From the human T2T-CHM13v2.0 reference genome, Homo sapiens, in assembly GCF_009914755.1 (NCBI RefSeq), contig NC_060925.1: a stretch of DNA of 64,000 nt; one strand, written 5' to 3'. Positions 25,424 through 39,272 of the stretch are shown here, piece after piece. The first letter of the stretch is position 1. Every line of letters starts with the position of its first letter. The position numbers and the translations under genes are program-made. The notes below the pieces were generated by a model, which searched no databases, had not been told where the DNA came from, and saw nothing but the letters and a program-made list of their open reading frames with translations.

Positions 25424-26229
25424 AAGAAAGGACAGAGGACCCCCAAATGGCCAGAATGTTCAAGAAAATTGCATGGTGTCCACATGGCTGGAGGTGAGGG
25501 GCAGCGACAGTGGGAGGTGCTGTGTAGGGGCCGGGACATGACGGTTTGACAGATGAAGTGGCCTGGATGTGGTGGTGCTGTGAAGTGAGGTCATTTTCAT
25601 CAGTGAGGTCCTGCAGCCAGGGTGAGGGGTGTGGCTTGAGGAGAAAGGATCAGGTGGAAGGAGAGAGACTTCTTCTGGCTGCGGTCGTGAGGCTGGTGTC
25701 ACTGACTGTCCCCAGTCTCCCCCTCCGTGGCAGGTCAGAGGGCTGCCCACCACACCCGTGTCCAGGTCACCAGAAAAGGTCACACACACCTGAGGGCCTA
25801 GATGGCAAACCGAGCCCATTTATCTCCCTCTTCTCCCCCCCGCAACACCCCTCAAATAAAAGGAGAAATGTGCAAATAAGAACAGATCTGCAGTAGCATC
25901 AGCTGGCCAGAAAGTCCGAGGGAAAACAGACGAGAGGGAGTGACAGGAAATCTAATCAGAGCGAAGCTAGCCTCACCCAGCCGGGCAGGGAGGGCCCACC
26001 TGCCAGGCACCCCAGGACTTGCTCAGAGCTCCTCCATGGCAGGGCGGGCTGGAGTGGGGTCCTGAAATCCCCCCCAAAAAGAGTGGATCCTCTCAGTTTC
26101 CAAAATGACCAAAGTGAGAGTTGGGCAGGGAGGTACTGGGAGCAGAAAGTACCTCCCCACACACCTTTCTGCCTTCAACTGCATGACTTTATTATCCCAG
26201 GAGCCTCTCTCCCTGGCAAATGGCTTCAC

Positions 26230-26571
26230 TGTTCATCACAGAAACCTCCTGAAGGACCCATCTACTCTTCAATCAACAGCTGGTGCCCTACGATTCTCTG
26301 AATCCCTTGCCTGGCCTCAAAATCCCTCACCTCATGGCTTCCACCAGTCCTGGACTACTGTGTTCCTTACACAACCCTAACCAAGCCCCCACATTGACAC
26401 ACCCACCTTAAAGAGAACTGCTAGGCTTCAGAAAACCCAACCTTGCCTCCTTCCTCCCAGACAGGCCAAAGCCCTCTGGAATCAGCGCCCTCCCTTCGGC
26501 AAGTGAGTAATAAACTCAGCTTTGCCTTACCAACAAGTTTGTAGATGGTATCTGGGGAGCTGGCATTTGAC
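26230..26571 (+). mobile_element. ERV1-class LTR-like fragment (family unresolved)
   Basis: GCAAGTGAGTAATAAACTCAGCTTTG poly(A)-signal context ending TTTGACA. Confidence 0.35.
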
Positions 26572-28112
26572 AGTCTCTACAAAAATGCTTGGAATCAAAT
26601 TGACATTCAATTTGGTATCTGCATCATTTACAACAGGGCAGACCTCCGAGCTTGGAGGAAAAAGGGTTAAAACCCTTAGATCCGTTACTCAGCCAAGTCT
26701 CAAAGCCAGAGAGAAGTATAAAATAGTGTGACACCCACCACCCACGCATCTTTTCTTAAAAAAAAAAAAAATTACTCGAGGAATCACTCAAAGGAAATAA
26801 GAATTGTACCAGAATAAGTAATTCAAAAAAGGACAATATAGGATATCCAAGAAACAGGGAGAAATAATAAAAGCAGAAAAAGGTGAAGTGAAGTCTAAAC
26901 AAATGTTGATAATCATGATCCTATCTTGTTGGGAATTAGATACCATTTAATTCTTGACATCAATAGAGAAATCTGTGTAAAAACTAACCATTTCTAGAAG
27001 AAAAGCAAGATGCAAACCTTTTAAACCACTGTGTGGGGAGAGGGGAAGGGAGAAACAAAGAAAACTCTATTAATTTAGCCAAGAGTGGGAAAAGAAAAAT
27101 TAAACAGGAAAGAAAAAGTGTAATAAACAAAAGACATAAAATAAGATGACAAAAGACACAATAATATGAATAAATTAAATTACTTTAAGTTAAGAGACCA
27201 GGCTGGATAAAAGGAAAAAAAAATCCAGCTATATGCTGTTTGGAAATAACACACTTAAAACAAACTGACAAAAAAGATGGAAATCAAATAAATGGAAAAA
27301 AGCAAATGGTAACGAAAATAATGCGAGAAAGCCAATATTAATATCAGACAAAATGCAAAAATGTTAATTAAATACACTAAACTGGGGCCTTTTATATTGC
27401 CGAAGAGTCTATTTCTCCAAGGAGATACAAAAATCACGAACTTTTACTCTCATCATAAACACAGAACCACAAAATGTATAAAATAAGACATTCTTGGAAT
27501 CACAAGGAGGAGGTAAAGAAAGAACAGGAAATGTCTTGAGCATTATTATTTGAAATTTGGTGGTATAAGTAACCTCCAAAGAAGAATACAAAGGGTTTGA
27601 AGATGTAGTTAGTAAGTTTAACTTCATATACATTCAAGAAATAGAGAAAACACCTTTTTCTCAAATGTCCCTGTACTAGACTGCAAGAAAATCTCAAATT
27701 CCAAAATGCACGAATTGTACGGACCACAGCCTCAGTTCTTGATGAAATAAAATTAGACATTAACAAATAGCAAAAAATAAAAATACATAAACAAATGATG
27801 CACATGACAATTTAAAAATGCTTTTCTAAAAAAACTCTTGAATCAAAGAGGACAGCAACGCTATCGTAGGATAATTATAAATGTACAACATTGAGAACCC
27901 TACTTTTCAAAATCTGAGTAGTGCAATCAAAGCTGCATCTAGAAGAAAATACAAAGCTTAGATGTTTTCATGATAAATTAAGAAAGGTTGAAACTAAATG
28001 AGTTAAGCACATAACCCAAGAAACTAAAAAAGAATGAAATAAACCAAAGTAATCTAGAAGAAATGAATAAAGTTGAAAATAAAACGAGTGAGAAAATGGC
28101 AGCAACCACAAC

Positions 28113-28233
28113 TATATATATATATATATATATACACACACATATATACATATATAGCTGCATATATACATATATGCATGTATATGTATGTATATATACA
28201 TACATATACATACGTATGTATATATACATACAT
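28113..28233. repeat. (TA)n/(TACA)n compound microsatellite
   Basis: Directly visible, almost uninterrupted purine-pyrimidine alternation. Confidence 0.95.
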
Positions 28234-28589
28234 AGCTGCAAGCTAAGCTTTCTGAGAAGACCAACAAAATGGACAAATCAGTGGCAAATCTGACTAGCAG
28301 TAATAGGCAAAGTCGCAAATAATCATTAAGAAAGGTGATGTAAACATATACGTGAACATTTTGAAAAATCAAAGAGAATTTGATACATAACTGTGTCAAT
28401 GAATTTACAAGTTGGTGATTTTCTAGAAAAGTATAAATTGTAAAACTGAAGAAGAGGGAGAAAACCTAGGTAGACTCTAATAACTATAGAAGAAACTATA
28501 GAAGAGAAGGCTGTCGAAGATGGAATTCCAGATTAGCAGAGAAAGAATGGATTATTTAAATAAAAGCACTAGGACAACTGGCTGGCTGT

Positions 28590-28835
28590 TTATTCATTCA
28601 ACAAATATTTATTAAGAACCTACTATGTGCTGGGCATTGTTCTGGGCACTGGGAATTCAGCAGTGAACAAAACAGAAAAGGTCTATGCCCTTATGGAGCT
28701 GAGAGTCTGGTGAGGGGAGATGAGTAACAAAAATATCCGCAGGTAAAACAAACCACATGGCAAATAGTGGCAGGTGTTACAATGAAAATTAAGCAGCAAA
28801 ATGGGTACAGAATGAGGAAGGGTGGAGAATGCCAT
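28590..28835 (-). mobile_element. L2 3' end
   Basis: TATTCATTCAACAAATATTTATTAAGAACCTACTATGTGCTGGGCATTGTTCTGGGCACTGGG. Confidence 0.85.
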
Positions 28836-29286
28836 TTTAAATAGAATACATGCACCATAGACACACAGAAATGTATATGGATTAGAGATATAAACATCCT
28901 ATAAAAGCAAGTTCATGAAAATACCAGAACTATTAAAATATTTCTATAATTTAGTGTTGGAAAATAACTTTCAAAGCCCGAATTGGACCTCAGTGCTCTT
29001 AATGGAAAAGATTAATAAATCTAACTACATAAAAATATTAAGCATTACATAAAACAAAAAACCCCAGTTAATCAACAGTTAAAAAGCAAATGACAGATTG
29101 GATAAAAATATTTGCAACATATATGAAAAAGTGTCAATATCCATAATATGTAATAAGCATCCACAAAACAGTAAGACATATAGCCAATAAAATGGAGAAA
29201 GAAAATGAACAGATCATTGCTTAAGAAATAAAAATGTCTAATAAATATATGCAAAATGCTGGCCTCGTTAATAAAGAATATATTTA

Positions 29287-29581
<295 letters not shown>

Positions 29582-30364
29582 CTACCATCAAGTGGTGGAG
29601 GGAGGAGTCGTCATCAAATACTTCTCAAATACTGCTAGTAGGTATAGATGAGGAGAATCTTTTAACCGTGTCTACCAAAATGTATGTTGACTCGGCAGCT
29701 TTGCAGTGTGCACACACATCATCATACACAAACATACACACACATGCACACATAGGGATGACCACTGTAGCACTATTTTAACAGTGAGGATGGATGCAGC
29801 CTTAATGACCATCAGCAGGAAATTGGTTTAATAAGTAAATGATGATAAATACACACAATGGAATAGTCATGGGAACATAACTTTTCTTAAAGATAAACAT
29901 ATACTCCTACCAATAACAGAGATTCATTGTGGCTTTGTCTATGTATCAAGCTTTGTCTATGTGACGTACAAGCTTCAGCGCTTCTCACAGGTAGTCTCCC
30001 TGCCCCCCTCCCTCAACAGTCTGCCGGGTGGAAGGTGCCACTTCTGCCCCCATTTTCCATCTGAGGCCTACAGAGGCTAAGGCCTGACCAAGCGGTGAAC
30101 CTTGGTCTGTTAGACTCTGGAGACTGCACTCTCAGCTGTGACACACACTTCCTCTCAACGGGATGGTGAAAAGCAAAATCACAGACACACATCTATCTGT
30201 GTAGCTGTGACGGATGGAAAGGACCTGGGGGATGCAATCTTGTCCTGGAGGGCACTGCAGAATGGGCGGGGCTTGAAACATGCGTTCTTGTTTCTACATT
30301 TCCATACTGTTCTTTTTTTAAGCACTAAGCATGTATCACTTTTGTAATTTGAAAATGATATAAA

Positions 30365-30812
30365 AGTATAGAGACAGAAGGTAGAATAGGGGTTGTCCGG
30401 AACTGGGGCAGAGCAGAATGGGGGGTCAGTGTTTAATAAGCACAGAACTTCAGTTTTACAAGATGAAAACAGTTAAGAGGCCAATATCTTAAGTGAAACA
30501 ACTAAGAAACAGAAAATCAAATACTGCATATTCTCACTTATAAGTGGAATCTAAATAATGTGTACACATGGACACGAAGTGTGGAATAATAGACGCTGGA
30601 GGCTCTGAAGTTGGGAGAGTGGGAAGGGTAAGGGATGAGAAATCACTTACTGCGTACAATGTACATTATTTGGGTGACGGTTGTACTAAAAACCCACACT
30701 TCACCGCTATGTAATATATCCATGTAACAAAATTGCATTTGTACCCCTTAAGTTTATACAAAGAAAGAAGAGAAAGAAAGAAAGAGAGAGACAGAGAAAT
30801 AAAGAAAGAGAG

Positions 30813-30847
<35 letters not shown>

Positions 30848-31095
30848 GGAAGGAAGGAAGGAGAGAGAAAGAAAGGAAAAGGAAAGAAAGAAAGAAAGGG
30901 AGAGAGAGAGAAAGAAAGAAAAGAAAGAAAGGAAGGAAGTAAGGAAGAAAAGGAAGAAAGAAAGAAAGAGAAAAGAAGAGATGGATGGTGGTGATGGGTG
31001 CATAACTTTTTGAATGTATTTAATAACACTAAACTGTACATTTAAAAATGATTAAGATGGTAAATTATGTTATGTGTATTTTACCATAATAAAAA
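30365..31095 (+). mobile_element. L1MB-type 3' end interrupted by an L1MA-type 3' end (~30480-30762)
   Basis: AGAGACAGAAGGTAGAATAG..AAGATGAAAA resumes as GATGGATGGTGGTGATGG after the insert; insert has GTACAATGTACATTATT..CACTTCACC..TTGTACCCC. Confidence 0.8.
30762..30980 (+). repeat. GA-rich (GAAA/GGAA/GA)n polypurine tract
   Basis: ~220 nt, almost entirely purine, at the L1MA tail position. Confidence 0.95.
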
Positions 31096-31849
31096 TTGAG
31101 AAACTGATATAAAAGTGTCTTCTTTTTAGAAAACAGTTGAACAGGGAGGGGGCTACTGGGGTAGAGGGGCCCATCTGCAAGGTGGCACCCACCCAGGGCA
31201 GGAAGGACCAGGGCCAGCTCCTCTGCTGGCCCCACCCAAAATCATGAGGAGGGAGGGCCCTTGCTCTCCACTCTCCACCAACACATCAAAGCAAGGCCTT
31301 TGCCAGCAGCTGGTAGGGGCCGCATCCGGTCTGGGCACTGGGGGTTGGCATCACTGCAGCTGACAAAGGGTTAAAGAAAAATCCTGGATGCCTGGCAGGG
31401 GCCAGCCTCACTGGGTCATAACAGCTGTTTTCCAAGGGCTGGCAGGGAGGCAGGGGGGCTTTGGACTCTGGCACTGGGCCTCACACACTGATCCTAAAGA
31501 AAGTGGAGAAGAAGGCTGGCCCTGAGGCCCCTGCCACCCTCCTGACACCCTCCTGACACGTGGCCCTTCCCTCCACTCTGAACCGAACGTCTGCAGAAGG
31601 GGCCGGCACATGGAAAGTCAAATTTGATCTGTGTGGGGCAGGGAATTGTGGGATGAATCTTTCTATTTTCAGTTTTATTTGTTATTGTGGTCTGTGATCA
31701 ATAAGAAAACATGAAAATCTAAGACATGGGTCACACATGGCAGAATCATATGGAATAATCCTGGTGGTTCATGCTGGGATACTGGCAAAGGGGTGGATGG
31801 GAGGGGAAGAGAGAGAATTACTGGCATGCCTCATTTACCCAGCACCACA

Positions 31850-32060
31850 GAAGTAGCATGGTATAGCATAGCGAGTTGGCCTTAACATCATCAGAAAGAC
31901 ATGGGTTCAGACCCTGGTTTCATCCATTACTAGCTCACTTTCCTCATGAGTCAGAAGTGAAGACTCTCACCCCCTCCCTGGGTTTGCCACGTGGATCAGA
32001 TGCGACAAAGTGTATGTGAAATGAGTATGAACCCCGTATACAAAAGGCACTCAATAAATG
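31850..32060 (+). mobile_element. MIR
   Basis: GTAGCATGGTATAG..GACATGGGTTCAG..GGCACTCAATAAATG. Confidence 0.65.
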
Positions 32061-34769
32061 CCTGTGCCCTTCTTCAGTTATGGTGGGACACCTTCCAAGT
32101 CTCTCTCCCTCTGTCAATCTCTCCTCCTTCTGGCTTCTGTTTTGGGGTTTGGGGTTGGCTCTGTGACCCACCTCCCTCTCTGTGGTCAGCCTTCCGGCTC
32201 TCACTTTCCTGAGGGGCTCACCTTTGTTTCAGCGGAGTGCGCTCTAGTCTGAGAATGCTGTGACATGCAGCTGACAGCCTGGAGGCTGCCTTGGGAACCT
32301 TCCCGGTCCCCAGCTGTGTTCTCCAGACAAGAGGCTTCTCCCTCACATGGTAGCTGACTCACGGATGAGTGAGGCGTCCCCAACAAGGAGAGTGGGCAGA
32401 GAGACAGGCAATGGAGCCCAGTCATTGATAGCGACAAGACCTGCTTTGAGGATACCCAGAAATGTTTTCCAGGAAAGACAGGGCATTTAAAAATAGAGAA
32501 TGGTGATACTTTCCATTGTATGAAGGAGCAAAAAAGAAGAACTTCAAGTACAAGATAACATATTCCATTTAGTGGCAGGCAGGAATATACTGTCTCATAA
32601 ACTCTACACTGGGATTTGGCAGAAGAAAAGTTCATGGTTTTCAGGCACTGCAGGGACAAGGAAGGGAGGTGTTGCTGGTGTATATGGGGAGCACCCAGCC
32701 CAGGAGTCGAGGAGAATACTGGAGTGGCGGGAGGAGGAACAGACGAGACTGGAGGAGCTGCACTTGGAGATGAAGGTTCTGAGAGCTGCTGGGGTGGGGG
32801 TTGGGGGGCGGGGGAAGGTAGGTGTGGGAGGAGCAGTGAGGTCGCTTCCTGCTATATCAGGCCACACCTCGCAGCCCTCTGTCACAGAAAGCCCCCTGGA
32901 ACTAGGCACTCTACACAGGGGAGCAGAGAAGACACCGTGTTCCCTCTCTGGGTGCAATAGAAATCCCATGAGGCAGCCCCACATTTGAGGTCCAGCTGCA
33001 CCCAGCTAAGTGACCTTGGACAAGACACTCTCCATCACTGGGCTAGACCCCAGGGTGCAAAGGTGAAGAAGACCTTGTCCATATCTCAGGCTGTGATGGA
33101 TCTAGCAGGGAAGATAGATAAGAAAATCAGTGGTTCTGGCCCTTTCTCCCAGGGAGCCCAAAACCTGAGCTGCTTCCCCGCAAGAAGGCTTCTAAATCTC
33201 CCCGGGTTGTAGACACAGAAGCCAGAGGTAGAGGAAGAACCCAACATTTGTTGAGTGTCTTCCACGTGCAAAGGCTGTCCCTGCATTTTTTCACAGTCAT
33301 ACTAATGCTACGGTCAGGCTCCATCATCACCATCTGACAACTGAGGAAACTGAGGCTTTGAAAACAGAGAGATGTGGACAGCCTTGCACTTCAGGAGGGC
33401 CCAAGGCTCTGGCATTAAATAAAACTGGACACTACTGGTCTTAGACACTGTGTGGCCTTCTTCGAGTCCTTGACCACCTGTGAGTCTGTTTCCTCACCTC
33501 TGAAACAAGAGCAAGAGTGCACGCCCTGGGCTGGGGTAAGAACAAAATGGTACGGTTGGCTTCCCAGAAAAATCCACCTTCTCCCTCTTCCTTTTCTGGT
33601 TACTTCTGATCTTTTAGCTTTACTTATGTTTATGATTATTTCATCTTCTAAAATAAGAAGATACCAGATCCCATAACAAGATTGCTGCAACTTATTCACA
33701 GCAAAGCAGGTGGAGGCCTCGGGAGATCCCGGGGACTACAGAACCTCCACCACTGGCCCACAGTAGGACAGGGGCAGGGAGTAATTCGTGCCTACTAGGA
33801 AGACTGTGATAACAGGTGTGTGTTTTTGGAGGCAGAATTGCTTTCTGCCCACACGACAGCTGCCCCCTTAGCTAAGAGGGGAAGCCTGGTGACCCAGGGT
33901 CCTCCGGGGACCCAGCCAGGCTTCTGGTCTAGATCTCAACCTGCCCCACTCCTGCCCAGTGCTACCCCATCTTCCACCCCATCCCCACCTCCACCAGTTC
34001 AGAGATTCAGCCAGACAGAAAGGCTGTGCCAAAGGAAATTGTGTGCCACAGGGCCCACTTGGTCTGCTGTGGTGTTCTTCCTTTTTTTGGACTTTGTGGC
34101 TGTTTGAGTGGGTACCTTTTTCCATAGAAAGTTTCCATTGCATCAGTTATTTACATTGTCACCACCTATATGTGGGCTCTGGTTTCGAGTCGGTGAACCA
34201 GAGCAGGCCCTGTGGGGCCCAACACTGCTTACAGGGGGTGACAGGAGCCAGTTGCTACGGCAAGAGGACCTGCAGCTCTGGGTCAACCCTCAGAGCCACC
34301 CCCAACCCTGGCAGGTCCACTCTTAGTGTGCTCAGTCCCTTTGGGATGCCATTTTTAGGGTGAGATTTAAGAGAATTTAAGAGCACAGGCTACTAGGTTT
34401 GCATCCCGCCTCCTCCACCTCCTAGCTATGCTCTGAGTTATTGACATGACATCTCCGGGCCTCCGTGAACTATCATTTGTAAAGTGGGAATGACAGTGGC
34501 GCCTACCTGGCTGGACTTTGAGAAGGACTCAATCAGGTAGTGCACATAAAGTGCTTAGAACAGGGCCTGGCCCAAAGCCTCAATCCATGTTAATGAATGG
34601 ACAAGGATTTCCTGCCCCCACCCTGGCTCAGACCCTACTGCCCATCCTCTCTTGTGTGAACCAACAGCAACAGCGTCTGCACTGTCCTGCCCAGCTCACC
34701 GATCCATAGACCCAGACAGACTGTCCTGATAGCCAGCTCTCACCAAGTCACTCCTCGCCCCAAATCCCA

Positions 34770-36010
34770 AATCCTTCAGTGGTTCTCCTTAGAGAGTAAT
34801 GTCTGCACTTTACAAATATGCCAGGCTGCCTCGGCATCAACACTCCCCTGCAAAGCCCCGCTCTTGCCAACTGCCATGCTCCACATTCATGCCTCTTTGC
34901 AGTTGTCTCTGTCTGGAATATTTCTCTCCATTTTAACGTGGCCAAATCCAACCCACACCAGCCTGGGTGAGCCCACCTCATAGGCCTCCTCCTCCACAAA
35001 GCCCTCCATGACTCTACTCTCTCTCTGGCCAGGAATGATCTTTCATTTAAGGATTTGATCTCTTTGTCGTGGTGTTTACCTTCTCTACCTTGTATGGGTG
35101 CAATATAATACATACAAATGTGTGTGGGCATCACAGACAAACCATCTGATCTCTGAGGACAGGACTGGGATGTGTGTGATGCATCCGTGTCACTCACAGA
35201 GCCTTGAACATAATTGGTGACTGTGAGTGAATAAATACTGAATTCTCTCAATTTACTAACCCCGTCGACAGGGAAAGCTATTTGGGTGTGTGTTGGTGAA
35301 GATCAATCTGCAGCCCATCAGTGTCCACATGATCCTCTCGGTTCTTCTTGAGGGACCCGGCAGACTGGGGTGTCAGCCAGGGGCCAGGACCCCTAGGGGC
35401 TCACAGCTACTCAGACTCTGAGTCTCAGCATGGGACCTTGCATCTGAGGCATGTGTGGAAGTCCAGGAACCATCACTGACTTCTTCTCCCTCTTCCTCAG
35501 CCTCCACCTTCCATATGTCACCAGGTTCTCAGTGAATCAGCTCCCTAAGTTCCTACGCCCATGAGCCCCTCTCCACCCTACCGCCACCGTCTTGGCCTAG
35601 GCTTCAGCATCCTTGCCTCCTCCCTGGTCTCCCCATGTGACTCCCATCCTTTTCTGGGTCTTCTCTCCATGCTGCTGCCCCAAGCGGTACTTCTGCATCA
35701 CAGCTCTGATTAGGCCACAATGCTTCTTGCCACTTCTGATGCCTGCTGACTGCCATCAGAAACCCAGATCCCCTAGGAAGGTGCTGGAGTGTCTCTCTTC
35801 TCTAACGCTTCTAACCCTCATCCAGAGCTTTGGTGTAACATCAATCACACTGTCCAGCGACATTTATTCCCCTGCACACGGGTCTTCCTCGCAGACAGGG
35901 AGTGCCTTCAGGGCAAGAACATGTCCCGTCTGTACCCCCAGTGCTTGGCATGCAGTCAGCCTGCTGTGAAAGCATGCTGAACAGACGAGTGCATGAATAA
36001 CAATGAATTA
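34770..36010 (+). mobile_element. Two L2 3' fragments (~34770-35240 and ~35470-36010)
   Basis: CTGGAATATTTCTCTCC..GAGGACAGGGACTG..GTGAATAAAT; AGGGCAAGAACATGTC..CAGTGCTTGGCA..ATGAATAA. Confidence 0.6.
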
Positions 36011-36414
36011 AACACACCACCACTGCCCTGCCTTCCAGTGTTGCCCTGACACCACCATATTCAGGACCTCATTTTTGGGACCAAGCAACAGGTGAAGTTA
36101 CTAAAGTGACAGATACACAGTCTGCCTGGACCAAAGGTTGCCCCAGGGCACTTGACATCCCTCCGTCTGTGCTGCAGCTCCCAGAACCCCTGATGGCCTA
36201 ATGTCAGCAGGGCAGATGCTTGCCCTGGTGTTAGCTACATGGCCTAGGAACCTGGAGACGGACAGAGGTCTTAGGGTGTTTCCAGAAGGAGGGGAAGGAA
36301 AGTGAAGGGCGTTCCACCTCTGGTCGCTCTGTACCAAGACCTTCCATGTTGTTACCTTCCCCTCTGCCCACCCCCCTCACCCCCTCCCCAAATTGTGTCT
36401 GCCTTCCCATCCTC

Positions 36415-36973
<559 letters not shown>

Positions 36974-38034
36974 TAAGGACCCCTTCTGTTTAACTCCCTG
37001 TCAGGAGGTTGATTTCTTTACCAGCCAGAATAATTCTTTCTAATTAAAGGAAACAAACAGAGAGAACGATGTGTCTTTCTCTGCTGCTCCTGAAAGCCAG
37101 GATGGCCTCTAACTCTCAGAATATAAGTCAGATCCCCTTTTGATTACTGAAGGAATGTCTCCATTTGGTGGCAATCTTCATGCCCATATAACCCAGGGAT
37201 TTAAAGCACACTTGCATATCTGTTCTTTTTTTTTTTTTTTTTTTTTTTTTTGGATGTTAACAATTGGGTAAGCTAGGCCTTTATCATTCTCATTTTGCAG
37301 AGTGAGGCTCAGGGAGGTGAGGATTATCCAAAGTCCCCCAGCAAGCAAGAGGGAGAAGAGGAACTGGCTCCCAGGATATTATACCACAGCTGGCCCAGGT
37401 CGTTGGCCTAGGAGCTGGCCTCACCCAACAGGCAGGCAAGATACTTTAATAAAACAATAGCACACATCTCCCTGTATTTTTATACAAGCTTTCTTCATGC
37501 ATGCAGAAACACTCTGACGCATGGGTACCCAAAGCTTCACAGTGAGCTGGTGGGATGCCTAATTCCTAGAAGCCAGGCTCCACCCAGACCCAACATTCCA
37601 GAGAACAGGCAATACTGAGAACCATGCTTTGTCCAGGCAGAGAATCCTTGGTTTTGAACACTCCAGCCCCTGCTGCTATCCCAGGCCTCCAAGCCCTTGA
37701 ATCGAATCCAGGCCAGCAGAAGCTCTGCTGCACAAGACAGGGCAATGCCTCGTTCCTCTTGGACCCCCAGGCCCTGCTGGCTGCAGGGCTCCTTCTCTGA
37801 GACTCCCAAGGGAGGGCTGACTGCATGTGATCTGACCGCCACACAGGGAGGGAGAGAAGATGAGGGCCTAGGGCCCTAGAAGAGAAGGAAGTAGGGTTGC
37901 AATTCTAGGCCCTTCTTCCAACCTGGCTCTCCCTCTTATTGCTCATGGTCTTGTACTGTTACTTTAAGAACATATTGATCCTGCCTTCCATATTTTACTG
38001 GGAACTCCTTAACAGAGTCTCCACAGTAGGTCCT

Positions 38035-38080
38035 CCACATGCACCTGTGCAGTGCACAGCCTGCACAACCATTCACAACC
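38035..38080. mobile_element. MER91-like hAT fragment
   Basis: GCACCTGTGCAGTGCACAGCCTGCACAAC. Confidence 0.45.
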
Positions 38081-38464
38081 TATGGCTTCTGGCCATCCCC
38101 TGCATAGTATGTATCACCACTGTAATTAAAAAACTAATTGCATAATTACTTATTCTGCCTTCACAGAATATAAATCCTCAGGGGAGCACCAGGCCCTGTT
38201 TGTCTTGTTCCCAAGCTGTAGCCCAGCCTCCAGCACGGTGTTAACAGAGAATAGGTGCTCAGTAAATACATGCTGGGCTAATGAACCCAACCAACCATTC
38301 GTTCATGCATTCAGTTTGAAAGAGAGTGAACCTGCCCTGCAACTGAAGGTGACAGGCCTCTGTTGTGGCCCCAGCTCTACCAATGTGTGTCCCTGAGCAA
38401 GGCATTTCCCTTTCTAGGTCTGTTCCCTCATCTATAAAATAGTGTGGGGTTTACTCTCCATGCC

Positions 38465-38552
38465 ACATTTGCACGACCCCGAGGAAAAGCACCTCCTTAA
38501 ATTTTGCACCCCGGGCACCTTGCTCACCTCACCCATCATGACCTGACCCTGG
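38465..38552 (-). mobile_element. MER96-like hAT MITE half
   Basis: TGCACGACCC..GCACCTCCTTAAATTTTGCACCC..CTCACCTCACCC..GACCCTG. Confidence 0.55.
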
Positions 38553-39272
38553 TTTTCTACATTTTCCTGGTTTTGTCCAGACCTGGGCTTATGGGAGATG
38601 CTCGGTGAAGTCAGGAGAAGGGGGCTTCCAGGCAGCATTCAGGGGATGCCAAGGTTGGGAGAGGAGTTTTTACTCCTGGGCTGTATCTCTGGGAGAGAAA
38701 AATAACAGACAGCAGTACTTCCCCAGGAGAGCAGTGTCTTCAAAGGCCTTCTTCATCAGCCTTGTTTAACCTCCAGCCTATGGAGAAGGAAGGAGGGAAG
38801 GGTTGGCTCAAGATCCAAGTTACCAAGTGTCAGGGCCAGGGGCAAACCCCAGGCACCCTGTGTTCAGATCCAGACCCTTCAGCATGCGGACACAGCCTGG
38901 CTCCCATGAGTGCGGGTCACAACCAGTTTCAGCCGGCAGAGGCACACACAGTAGCAGAGGAAGGAGATGTTCCTTGCAGGAGATGGGACGGGAGCCTTGA
39001 GAAACAGGAGGGCTTATGGAGAAGGATGGGGTGGCATTCCTGGCAGAAGAGATGATGTCTGCACAGTGTGCCTGCAGGAGACCATGTTCAAGGGTCTACG
39101 ACCACTTTCTTACTTGCAGAGTGGTCTGGCCAACGGGGACCCATGAGGGTGAGGCACAAGGCAAAGCTCAGATGGAGATAAAACAGAAGAGCACGACTAC
39201 AGAGTCCTCTGCCTCCAGGGCACTCCAAGGACCTCTTCCCCATCATGGCCTCAGCCTCCCTGTTGTACTGCA

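Noticed and set aside
30707-31041. Phe/Ser/Leu-rich and Lys/Glu/Arg-rich ORFs
   Set aside because: Translations of the GA microsatellite
31535-31559. Short tandem duplications (CACCCTCCTGA x2; similar at ~28482 and ~29932)
   Set aside because: Ordinary slippage duplications; no spacer-repeat array, not CRISPR-like
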